A stretch of 64,000 bases of DNA, from NCBI GenBank assembly GCA_944391965.1, contig CALXVH010000002.1, positions 22,425 through 86,424 on the forward strand, read 5' to 3'. Positions 55,876 to 64,000 of this stretch are shown piece by piece. This stretch comes from an uncultured Clostridia bacterium. Its GTDB lineage: Bacteria; Bacillota; Clostridia; TANB77; CAG-508. The position numbers and the translations under genes are program-made. The notes below the pieces were generated by a model, which was not told the DNA's origin, made no database searches, and saw only the letters and a list, made by a program, of their open reading frames with translations. Within the stretch, counting starts at the first letter, position 1. Each line of letters opens with the position of its first letter.

Positions 55876-55971
55876 ATTTTATTTTCCTCCACATAAACAC
55901 AAATTATTAATTTTCTATTATTTAAACTTCTTTACTTGTTATAGTGCATCGCTACCAGGGCTCAGTATTAC

Positions 55972-57213
55972 TTAATATAAAGTGCTGCACGACAACCGTA
56001 GGTAGCTAGCGCCGTCAGTAGGAACGTCGTTGCTACGATCGTCAGCTGGAACGTAGTCGCCATAGTTGCTGAAATTGCCACCCCTAGACGCCCTGTAGCC
56101 GGTACCGTAGGCCTCCATTGTCCAGTCCCTTACGTTTCCGACTAGGTCGTATATGTTATTTGCTTTCGTGTATTCTGTACTTCCTGTTGGAATTCTTGTA
56201 CTACTATTTTTGTTTTTCGTTGCTGTACTTCCACTATTATTTACATATTCAAATGTCGCATCGATATAGTTTCCCCAACTTGTTGAGTCATCTGCTATTT
56301 GCTCTTTTGTTTTACTTCCTGTTTCTATTAACCACATCAACGTTCTATCCCATTGGTTTCCCCATATCATTCCTGTTTCTACATTTGTATTGTCTCCTTT
56401 AATGTTTTTACATCTTTTATACATGTTGTACCATGTTTGACTACTTATATTTGTATTTCCTTTTTGTACTACTGGTGTTTCTTGGTTTATATTTCCTGTT
56501 TCATATCTTCCTATATAAAACCCTCCATATTTTTCTACACTTGCTACCATATTATTAAACTCTTTTTCTAACTGATTTAAAAATTCATGAGTTGTTTTGG
56601 CGCCTATTCCTAATGTTTTTAATCTTGAATCCATATCATAACCTGTACTACTATATTTTGCTACTACGTCTGGCTCTCTATAATTTGTTTTACTACTTAT
56701 TGTCATTACTCCATTGTTTTCGCTCCAATTATATGGCTTTGTTCCTGTTATTTCATCATAACTACTACTCGTACTTGACGAAAATGTATATATTTTTCCC
56801 CATTTCTTTCCATTGGCATCTGTTCCATAAAATTTACTTATATCTGGTACTGGTATCCACACATATTGGTTTCTACTTTTTTGTGCATCAGCTACATTGC
56901 TGTCTGTTACTTCTTCTTCTCCTTCGTATATTACATATCCTGTATCTATTTCATTTTCTCCTGCCACACTACTTCCTACATATCCGTTTGGTACTGGTAC
57001 TTTATCTCCACTTGCATCTTCTTCTACGTGCATATGCTCATTATTTTCCAAATTTATGGCGTTTACAGTTGATTTTGTAGCTTGTAATACAGTACTATTC
57101 TCTTTTTTAGAAAATGCAAAAATTAAACTTGTTAAAACTACTATAACTGCTAATATTCCGCAAATTATGCATACCATTTTTCTATTTATTTGCTTTCTTG
57201 TTTTCTCAGCCAT
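55972..57213 (-). CDS. DGR target protein 2: membrane-anchored FGE-sulfatase/C-type-lectin-fold protein carrying VR2
   Basis: A paralog of target 1 with an identical N-terminal ~140 aa, NIYDLVGNVRDWTMEA and RASRGGNF. I place the start at the ATG at 57213 (MAEKT), 8 nt after AAGGAG, as in copy A. Confidence 0.85.
   Translation of the reverse strand: MAEKTRKQINRKMVCIICGILAVIVVLTSLIFAFSKKENSTVLQATKSTVNAINLENNEHMHVEEDASGDKVPVPNGYVGSSVAGENEIDTGYVIYEGEEEVTDSNVADAQKSRNQYVWIPVPDISKFYGTDANGKKWGKIYTFSSSTSSSYDEITGTKPYNWSENNGVMTISSKTNYREPDVVAKYSSTGYDMDSRLKTLGIGAKTTHEFLNQLEKEFNNMVASVEKYGGFYIGRYETGNINQETPVVQKGNTNISSQTWYNMYKRCKNIKGDNTNVETGMIWGNQWDRTLMWLIETGSKTKEQIADDSTSWGNYIDATFEYVNNSGSTATKNKNSSTRIPTGSTEYTKANNIYDLVGNVRDWTMEAYGTGYRASRGGNFSNYGDYVPADDRSNDVPTDGASYLRLSCSTLY
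55981..56113 (-). repeat. DGR variable region VR2
   Basis: 133 nt aligning without gaps to the TR. My hand count gives 26 mismatches, 24 at TR adenines. The 3'-terminal 19 nt (acggttgtcgtgcagcact) are identical to the TR. Confidence 0.9.
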
Positions 57214-57251
57214 TTTCATTTCTCCTTCAAGATTTTATATTATATATATTT

Positions 57252-57280
57252 ATTTTATTTATAAATAAATAACCTGTAAA
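57252..57280 (-). promoter_or_regulatory. Sigma-A-type promoter candidate for target gene 2 and possibly the msl-avd-RT-TR transcript
   Basis: The minus strand reads TTTACA, a 17-nt spacer, then TAAAAT. Confidence 0.45.
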
Positions 57281-57395
57281 TGGCTGTATTTTCTATATTA
57301 CAAAAACATTGTTAAACTTTATTACGGGTATACAAATTACGATCTTTTTATTTTCTTTTTTACATTTTCTTGTTTTTTTTGTATCAAACCATTTT

Positions 57396-57611
57396 TTATT
57401 CTAAAAACTTAAAATTATATATTTCTATAATTTCAACTTTCATATTTTCTTGTAGCTTACCCCTTAAGAAAAACACTTCTAAATCTTTTTGATATATATA
57501 ATCTGCTATGTTATCATATATAAACACCTCTATTTCCGAATCATTTAATAACTTTGTTTTAATAAAACTTTTGATTTTTCTTTGCAATTTATTACAAATT
57601 TAAAATTTATA
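57396..57611 (-). pseudogene. Frameshifted and truncated copy of the small ORF at 53513-53767
   Basis: It has a 1-nt deletion relative to copy A (gctttaaataaaac versus gttttaataaaac on the plus strand). The upstream part (NINFKFVINCKEKSK) is in a different frame and is preceded by a stop codon. Only a 63 aa TTG-initiated ORF remains. Confidence 0.5.
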
Positions 57612-57979
57612 TTCCTTATCCTTATTTACTATGTTAATGTTATCGCTTTCTTATTTTCTGAATATTATTCTGCATTCTTTAAACCAGTATAGTATAATCA
57701 TGCCTATTAATCTAAACTTCTTTCTCTCATATTATATTGATTTTGCATTATTAATAAACATAGGAATCTTCTATGTATTTCTTTTTTACTTTACATTTTG
57801 GATTTTTAAGAAATATATTTCTTTGAATTAAATTATTCTTGAACCATTGAATTAAATATTCATTGATAGCTTATTAAAGAATTTCTAATAGTATATACGA
57901 TATTTAAACATAAAACTAAATATTTTTTAAACTATTTCACATGTCTTTTTTCAGCAAAATTACTTATTTGCTAATAATT

Positions 57980-58026
57980 CAAAACAAAAAACAGCGAAAA
58001 ACTAATATATTTTTAATTAGTTTTCC
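57980..58026 (-). terminator. Rho-independent terminator after ptsI
   Basis: Stem gaaaaactaat/attagttttc with a T-rich run on the minus strand. Confidence 0.55.
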
Positions 58027-58064
58027 ACCGTTTATAAACTATTTATTTATTACTATCTTAGAAT

Positions 58065-59765
58065 TTATAAATTGTCTTTATATTCTTCTAATCTCGCTTT
58101 AATTTCACTAGCAGATGACATCCTTAAAATCTCTTGAACTAATTTCTTACATTCTTTGTGATTTAAATTTCTAATCATCTTTCTAGAATTTAATATTTTG
58201 GTAGGATTCATAGAAAACTCATCTAATCCTAATCCAACTAAAAGAGGTATAAATCTTTCATCAGCAGCTGCTTCTCCACACATTCCGCAGAAAATCTTAG
58301 ATTTGTGTGCTCCGTCGATTGCCATTTTTATTAAACGTATAACTGCAGGATGAAATTTAGTATATAAATCTGATATTCTTTCATTTCCTCTTTCAACTGC
58401 AACAGTATATTGAATTAAATCATTTGTACCAATACTAAAGAAATCACATTCTTTTGCCAACTCATCTGCCATTATTGCAGCTGATGGAATCTCTATCATT
58501 ATTCCAACCTTAACATTTTTATCAAATTTTACTTTTTCTGCCTTTAATTCTTCTTTAACTTCATTTATGATATCTTTTGCAGCTCTTAGCTCATCTACAG
58601 AAGAAATCATAGGAAGCATAATTGCAAGTTTTCCGTAAATACTTGCTCTATATAAAGCTCTTAATTGAACTTTAAAAATTTCTGGTTCGCGTAAACAAAT
58701 TCTAATTGCTCTGTATCCTAAAAAAGGATTATCTTCTTTTTCTAAATTTAAATATTTTAAGTCTTTATCTCCACCAATATCCAATGTGCGAACTATAACT
58801 CTTTTACCTTCTGATTTTTCTAGCACCTCTTTATATGCTTCAAATTGTTCTTCTTCTGTTGGCATAGTATCAGAATCCATATATAAAAATTCGCTTCTAA
58901 ATAAACCTACTCCCTCTGCACCATTTTCGATAACTGCATCCATATCCTTAGGAGTTCCTATATTAGCCACTACTTCTGTTTTATATCCATCTTTAGTAAT
59001 GCTCTTCTTATTCCTAAATTTCGCTAAACTTCCTTTTTCGTCCTTTAACTCATTTTGGATTTTTTCTAATTTAGCGACCTCATCTTGTGAAGGATCTAAA
59101 AATATTTCTCCAGTTCCTCCATTTATTGCAATATACATGTCGTTAGCTATGCTATCTAAAGCTCCTTTAGCTCCAACTATTGCAGGAATCTCGTGAGTTC
59201 TTGCCATAATTGAAACATGTGAATTTTCACTACCATTTTCTATTATAATTCCTGCAACAGAATTCAAATTTAATTTAGCTGTATCTGATGTAGATAAGTC
59301 TTTTCCGACTAAAATAGTCTTTTCTGGTAAATTACTTAAATCCAACTCAGCTTTATTAATAATTTTATTTATGACTTTATTTTTCATGTCTTCTATATCA
59401 GATGCTCTTGCAGACATATATTCGTCGTCCATATTCTTAAAAACTTCTTCGACAGTTTCAAAGCCTACTTTTGCAGCATATCCTGCATTATATCCATCTT
59501 CCTGTATTAGTCTTTCTGTTTCCTCAGTTAGTGTAGGGTCCTGTAATATCATCAAATAAGCATTCATAATATCTGCTTCTGTTCCAGAAAGTTTTTCTAA
59601 AACTTCCCTAGTATCTTCTATTACATTATTTAGACATTTTTTAAAATAACTTAATTCATTTTCTTTATCTTCAACTTTAAAATCAGTAAGTTTTACTTCT
59701 TCATTCTTTAATACTTTTGTATGTCCAATCCCAATACCCTTTGATACACCTTTACCTTTTACCAT
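58065..59765 (-). CDS. ptsI: Phosphoenolpyruvate-protein phosphotransferase (PTS Enzyme I)
   Basis: 566 aa with the active-site His region GSENSHVSIMARTHEIPAIVG, GTNDLIQYT and CGMCGE. Confidence 0.92.
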   Translation of the reverse strand: MVKGKGVSKGIGIGHTKVLKNEEVKLTDFKVEDKENELSYFKKCLNNVIEDTREVLEKLSGTEADIMNAYLMILQDPTLTEETERLIQEDGYNAGYAAKVGFETVEEVFKNMDDEYMSARASDIEDMKNKVINKIINKAELDLSNLPEKTILVGKDLSTSDTAKLNLNSVAGIIIENGSENSHVSIMARTHEIPAIVGAKGALDSIANDMYIAINGGTGEIFLDPSQDEVAKLEKIQNELKDEKGSLAKFRNKKSITKDGYKTEVVANIGTPKDMDAVIENGAEGVGLFRSEFLYMDSDTMPTEEEQFEAYKEVLEKSEGKRVIVRTLDIGGDKDLKYLNLEKEDNPFLGYRAIRICLREPEIFKVQLRALYRASIYGKLAIMLPMISSVDELRAAKDIINEVKEELKAEKVKFDKNVKVGIMIEIPSAAIMADELAKECDFFSIGTNDLIQYTVAVERGNERISDLYTKFHPAVIRLIKMAIDGAHKSKIFCGMCGEAAADERFIPLLVGLGLDEFSMNPTKILNSRKMIRNLNHKECKKLVQEILRMSSASEIKARLEEYKDNL

Positions 59766-59786
59766 ATTTATCTCCTCTTTTGTTTA

Positions 59787-60050
59787 TTATTCTCCAAAAT
59801 TATTTTTAAAAGCTTCTTCTATTTCTTTCATTGCTTCTTCTTCTTTTTCTCCATCACATTGTACTTCAACATCTGTCTTTTGTTTTATTCCTGCTGACAT
59901 AATCATTAATGGAGATTTTGCATTTACAGTTTTGCCATTAGCTATTAATTTAACATCACATGGATATTTCATAGCTATTTTAGCAAGTTCTGTAGCAGGT
60001 CTTGCATGTAAACCTGTCTCGCTTTCCAAAGTAAAAGTTTTATTTAGCAT
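59787..60050 (-). CDS. ptsH: Phosphocarrier protein HPr
   Basis: 87 aa with ETGLHARPAT (His15 region) and NAKSPLMIMSAG (Ser46 region). Confidence 0.9.
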   Translation of the reverse strand: MLNKTFTLESETGLHARPATELAKIAMKYPCDVKLIANGKTVNAKSPLMIMSAGIKQKTDVEVQCDGEKEEEAMKEIEEAFKNNFGE

Positions 60051-61972
60051 TTTTTACTTCATCTCCTTTACCCCAAACATTCTTCTTTAATGCTGCTAAT
60101 ATAAACATTGCAACTAAAGAACCAATTACAATTGATAGTAAATATAATGCTGCATTTCCTACAACTGGTAAAACAAATATTCCTCCATGTGGAGCCATTA
60201 ATGTACAATTAAATAACATTGATAAAGCTCCTGAAACTGCTGAACCTATTACGCAAGAAACAATTACACGAATTGGATCTGCTGAAGCAAATGGTATTGC
60301 ACCTTCTGATATAAAAGAGAATCCCATAATGTAGTTTAATAAAGCAGATTGTCTATCTTTCTTTGGTAATTTTTTAGGGAAAAATGTTGCAAGTAATGCA
60401 ATTGCAAGTGGTGCTACCATACCACCAGCCATAACTGCTGCCATTATATCATAATGTCCTTCTGCAAGCATTCCTGTTCCAAATGTATATGATGCTTTAT
60501 TAACAGGTCCACCTAAATCAACAGACATCATTCCACCTAAAATTGCTCCTAAAATTATCTTATTTGCTCCTTGCATTGATGATAAGAAATTATTTAATGC
60601 TGTATTAATTGCTCCAACTACTGGGTTAATTGCAAGCATTATTAATCCTATTAAAAGAATACCACCAACTGGATAAATTAATATTGGTTTTACACTTTCT
60701 AAACTCTTTGGTAAGAAAGAAAATACTTTTCTTAATAAAAGAACTACATATCCACCAATGAAACCTGCAATTAATGCTCCTAAAAATCCAGAACTTACTA
60801 ATGTAACATCTGAATTTGTTAAAGATGCAAAAGTTGTTCCTGCTTTTGCAACAGCTCCGTCCTACGAAACCTACAGCTAAACCAGGTCTATCTGCTATAC
60901 TCATTGCTATATATCCAGATAAAATACATAGCATAAAATCAAATGCCATATCACCTATTGTTTTAAAGAATGATGCTATTGGTGTATTCTTACCAAAATT
61001 TGCTGGGTTTAAAGAATAATCATCTAGTAAGAAAGCTATAGCAATTAATATACCTCCACCAACAACAAATGGTAACATATGTGTTACACCATTCATTAAG
61101 TGTCTATATATTCTGCTTCCTACACCATCTGAGTTTTCATATTCTGAATCATCTTTTCCGTTTCCTTGGTACACTGGAATATTTTTATCTGTTAAAGCCT
61201 TTTCTATTAATTCTTTTGGTTTGTGAATTCCGTCTGCAACTTTTGCTTTTAGTACTTTCTTTCCTTTAAATCTTGATAAATCAATATCTATATCTGCTGC
61301 AATTATTATTGCTTTTGCATTTTTTATTTCTTCTTTTGTTAATTTATTTTTAACACCAGATTGTCCTTGTGTTTCTATTTTAACAAGATGTCCTACTTCT
61401 TTACCTGCAGCTTCTAGAGCTTCTGCAGCCATATAAGTATGCGCAATTCCTGTAGGGCAAGCTGTTATTCCTAATATTTCATAACCTTGCTCTTGTTTTG
61501 TTTCTTCTTTAAATTTCTCATTTTCTGTTTCATTTATTATATTTAAAAATTCTTCTTTGCTTTTAGCTGAAGTTAATTTATTTTTAAACTCTGTATCCAT
61601 TAGCATTGTAGATAATCTACTTAATACATCTAGATGTACATTATCACTAGTATTTGGAGCAGCTATCATAAATAATAAATTAACTGGCTTACCATCTAAC
61701 GCATCATATTCAACTCCGTTTGGCACTACCATTGCAACTAAGCCTGGTTCAGTTACACAATCACCTTTACCATGTGGAATTGCAATTCCTTCTCCAACAC
61801 CAGTACTTCCTTCTTCTTCTCTTTTTAATACAAGTTCTTTGTATGCGTTTAAATCTGTAATTCTTCCTGTTTTTAGCATTAATTTTGTCATCTTGTTAAT
61901 TATATCATTTTTATCTTTTGCATTTACATTAAGCTCGATTCCATCTTTGCTTAATAAATCTGTAATTCTCAT
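60040..61972 (-). pseudogene. fruA: PTS fructose-specific EIIABC, interrupted by a +1 nt frameshift
   Basis: The IIA domain (GIAIPHGK), IIB domain (ACPTGIAHTYMAAEAL) and the start of IIC lie in ORF 60626-61972. The rest of IIC (LGGPVNKASYTFG...) lies in ORF 60040-60639. Removing the plus-strand G at 60859 restores ...ADRPGLAVGFVGGAVAKAGTTFASL...LIMLAINPVVGA. Confidence 0.75.
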
Positions 61973-61987
61973 TTTCTTCCTCCTTTG

Positions 61988-62890
61988 TTAAATATTATTA
62001 AATAAATTGTATACTTCTTCTTTAGTTGCTAAATATTTTGATAAAGCACTAGCTGATCCTGCTGAAACTCCCATTCTTAAGGCATCATTGTAATTATTAT
62101 ATTTTAAAAATCCTGCTATAAATCCTGCTACCATAGAATCTCCCGAACCAACTGTATTTACTCTTTTTCCTTCTGGAGATTTTATGAAATATTCTTGACC
62201 TGCTTCATCAATTAATGCTGCACCAATTTTACCCATCGAAACTAGTACATTTTGCGCTCCCATTTCTTTTAATTTTTTACCATATACATAGGCATCTTCT
62301 TTAGTATGTATTTCTACACCAAAAATTTCTCCTAATTCTTCATTATTTGGCTTAATTAAAAATGGATTGTATTTTAAAGCTTGTACTAATAAGTTTTTTG
62401 TTGCATCTACAACTATTTTTACATTTTGTTTTTTTACAATTCTACATATTTTTTCATATATATCATCTTTAATTGAGCTTGGTATACTACCAGATAAAAC
62501 CAAATAATCATTCTCATTTAGAGTTTTTAATTTTTCTAATAACTCTAAAATCTTATTTTCACTTATCTTTGGTCCATTAGTATTTATCGCTGTTTCTTCT
62601 TCTCCCGAAATTTTTACATTTATTCTCGAATTTCCTTCTTCTAAGTCTATAAAATCGGTCTTTACATTCATATTTCTTAATAATCTTTCTAGCTCTGCTC
62701 CTACAAATCCTGCTTTATATCCTAATGCGATATTATCAATCTCTAAATTAGTTAATACTGTAGAAACATTTATCCCTTTTCCTCCCGGAAGTATTAATTC
62801 CGTTTTAGACTTTTGTATTTTTCCAATTTCCAATTTATCTAGTTCTAAAATGTAGTCTAGTGCTGGGTTAAATGTAACTGTATAAATCAT
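61988..62890 (-). CDS. fruK: 1-phosphofructokinase (PfkB family)
   Basis: MIYTVTFNPALDY, PGGKGINVS and TVGSGDSMVAGF. It is the first gene of the fru operon. Confidence 0.88.
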   Translation of the reverse strand: MIYTVTFNPALDYILELDKLEIGKIQKSKTELILPGGKGINVSTVLTNLEIDNIALGYKAGFVGAELERLLRNMNVKTDFIDLEEGNSRINVKISGEEETAINTNGPKISENKILELLEKLKTLNENDYLVLSGSIPSSIKDDIYEKICRIVKKQNVKIVVDATKNLLVQALKYNPFLIKPNNEELGEIFGVEIHTKEDAYVYGKKLKEMGAQNVLVSMGKIGAALIDEAGQEYFIKSPEGKRVNTVGSGDSMVAGFIAGFLKYNNYNDALRMGVSAGSASALSKYLATKEEVYNLFNNI

Positions 62891-62974
62891 TTTCTCCCCT
62901 CCTATCTTTTGTTAAATTTTCATAGTAATTCTATCATATATCATTATTATTTACAATTATTATATTTTTTATTA

Positions 62975-63003
62975 TTGACAAGGCTAACATTTTTTATTAT
63001 AAT
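62975..63003 (+). promoter_or_regulatory. Perfect-consensus sigma-A promoter
   Basis: TTGACA (62975-62980), exactly 17 nt of spacer, then TATAAT (62998-63003). It lies 50 nt upstream of the ATG at 63053, which has an AGGAG RBS. Confidence 0.65.
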
Positions 63004-63052
63004 TTTTTTACTTAATTCAAGCATTTTTTAGCTTTGTTTTCTAGGAGATTTT

Positions 63053-63235
63053 ATGAAAAAATTTTTATTCTTTATTTTTTTAGTTTTTATTTTATTCTTT
63101 TATTTTTACTACATTATTTATTCACCAACTGTTTCACACATAAATATAAATTTAATTTCAACAGCTAATCCAAATTTTTTATGTAATAATAAACTTATAC
63201 CTCGGTTCATATGGTTATTTCTCTATTTTTATTAA
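63053..63235 (+). CDS. Small signal-peptide protein, probably a truncated paralog of the next gene
   Basis: MKKFLFFIFLVFILFF... The region after its stop (63236-63478) still resembles the C-terminal part of the neighbouring paralog (..YISLQILFERN versus ..STIKLKFFYEQSSF). Confidence 0.35.
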   Translation: MKKFLFFIFLVFILFFYFYYIIYSPTVSHININLISTANPNFLCNNKLIPRFIWLFLYFY

Positions 63236-63478
63236 ATCTAATAAAAATATTAATTTTAAAATTTATTCTGCAAAATCTAATATTCCTAAAAATTTTAATT
63301 TTTATATTAATAATTATCATGTGGATATTTCCAAAAATAATTCATGTTTATACACATCTAATACTAATAATGTGGATATCCTAACTTTTTTTTGGGAGTG
63401 GCCATTTAATAATATCGATATTTTTTATACTAACAATTTATATATAAGTTTACAGATACTTTTTGAAAGGAACTAATT

Positions 63479-63934
63479 TTGAAAAAAATATTATTTTTAT
63501 TTATTTTAATTTTTTGTTTAATTTCATTAATTATTCATAATAATTATTCAATCACTCAAAATGTAGCTATTCATTCTGATGTGGCAGAACCAATATTTAA
63601 CATATCTTTCGCGAAACCAATTATTTTAGATAATCATAATCATTCTATACAATACAATTTTACTGTATCTAATTTTAAAGAAAATATTATTTCTGATATT
63701 CCCTTTAGTTATTATTTTTATATAGAAAATCTAACAGTTGATTTTTCTATAAAATGCTATATTAATTCAAGAGAAGTTACTTTAACCAATTTTAAATCAG
63801 AACCTTTTCTATTAAAAAACAAGTTCAAAGAAGAGCATGTTTTTAATATTTATATAAACTACATCGGTAATTTCGACAATTCAATATACTCAACTATTAA
63901 ACTAAAATTTTTTTATGAACAATCTAGTTTTTAA
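63479..63934 (+). CDS. Small secreted or membrane-anchored hypothetical protein (151 aa)
   Basis: TTG start and signal-like MKKILFLFILIFCLISLI. The mature part is N/I/F-rich. No motif recognised. Confidence 0.45.
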   Translation: MKKILFLFILIFCLISLIIHNNYSITQNVAIHSDVAEPIFNISFAKPIILDNHNHSIQYNFTVSNFKENIISDIPFSYYFYIENLTVDFSIKCYINSREVTLTNFKSEPFLLKNKFKEEHVFNIYINYIGNFDNSIYSTIKLKFFYEQSSF

Positions 63935-63957
63935 TAAATTATTTAAGAGAGGTTTTT

Positions 63958-64000
63958 ATGAAAAAAATTTTTTCTTTATTTTTATTTTTCATAGCATTTA
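63958..64000 (+). CDS. 5' end of a third signal-peptide paralog (partial)
   Basis: AAGAGAGG RBS plus a 5-nt spacer before ATG. MKKIFSLFLFFIAF... runs off the window. Confidence 0.35.
   Translation, partial: MKKIFSLFLFFIAF

Larger units (their letters stand above)
52045..57611 (-). mobile_element. Diversity-generating retroelement cassette (target2-msl-avd-RT-TR-smallORF-target1)
   Basis: The combination of a DGR-type RT, Avd, a TR and two cognate VRs with adenine-specific mismatches, as detailed in the component features. Confidence 0.88.
55961..57611. repeat. Direct repeat copy B (about 1.65 kb)
   Basis: See copy A. The homology boundaries were read from the sequence: 52085 corresponds to 55961, and 53730 to 57611. 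Confidence 0.8.

Noticed and set aside
55941-55965. GC-rich patch (gtgcatcgctaccagggctcag) just 3' of VR2, considered as the DGR cruciform or hairpin homing enhancer.
   Set aside because: I could not find a convincing inverted repeat within it or with the VR end. It lies just outside the duplicated segment and has no counterpart after VR1. It is left unassigned.
57631-57831. 66 aa plus-strand ORF in the 475-nt gap between the DGR and ptsI.
   Set aside because: It has no RBS and a hydrophobic, low-complexity translation typical of random AT-rich ORFs. The region is more likely promoter or leader DNA for the DGR locus.

Overview
AT-rich (about 25-30% GC by eye) chromosomal segment of a spore-forming Firmicute, probably Clostridia: it carries SpoIIE, CotF-like coat proteins and low-GC codon usage. 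Almost all genes are on the minus strand. All calls come from reading the ORF translations and the DNA by hand; no database search was possible. From left to right the window holds housekeeping genes: pcrA, a two-component system, an AI-2E transporter, xth, a G5/transglycosylase protein, lemA-htpX, tatD, acpS, spoIIE and a yhaO/yhaN-like SbcCD pair. These are followed by a divergent tRNA-Arg(ACG)/tRNA-Pro(UGG) pair and a seven-gene accessory operon with a Fic/VbhA-like pair and a HExxH protein. Next come comEA, a D-Ala-D-Ala carboxypeptidase, rsfS, an LCP protein, cvpA, a GldAFG-like ABC transporter, an 11.6 kb gene for a 3855 aa surface adhesin, and a fruK-fruA-ptsH-ptsI operon in which fruA has a 1-nt frameshift. 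The standout is a complete diversity-generating retroelement (DGR) at about 52.0-57.6 kb. It has a reverse transcriptase with the DGR-type IGNYTSQ/YMDD motifs, an Avd-like accessory gene and a MutS-domain-I-like accessory gene. It also has a 133-nt adenine-rich template repeat directly after the RT and two paralogous membrane-anchored FGE/C-type-lectin-fold target genes. The C-terminal variable regions of those targets differ from the template almost only at template adenines. One target sits 34 nt upstream of the giant adhesin gene. Other points worth a second look are a dispersed family of about 27-nt palindromic intergenic repeats, including an inverted pair bracketing one gene, and a compositionally foreign ORF flanked by 11-bp inverted repeats.
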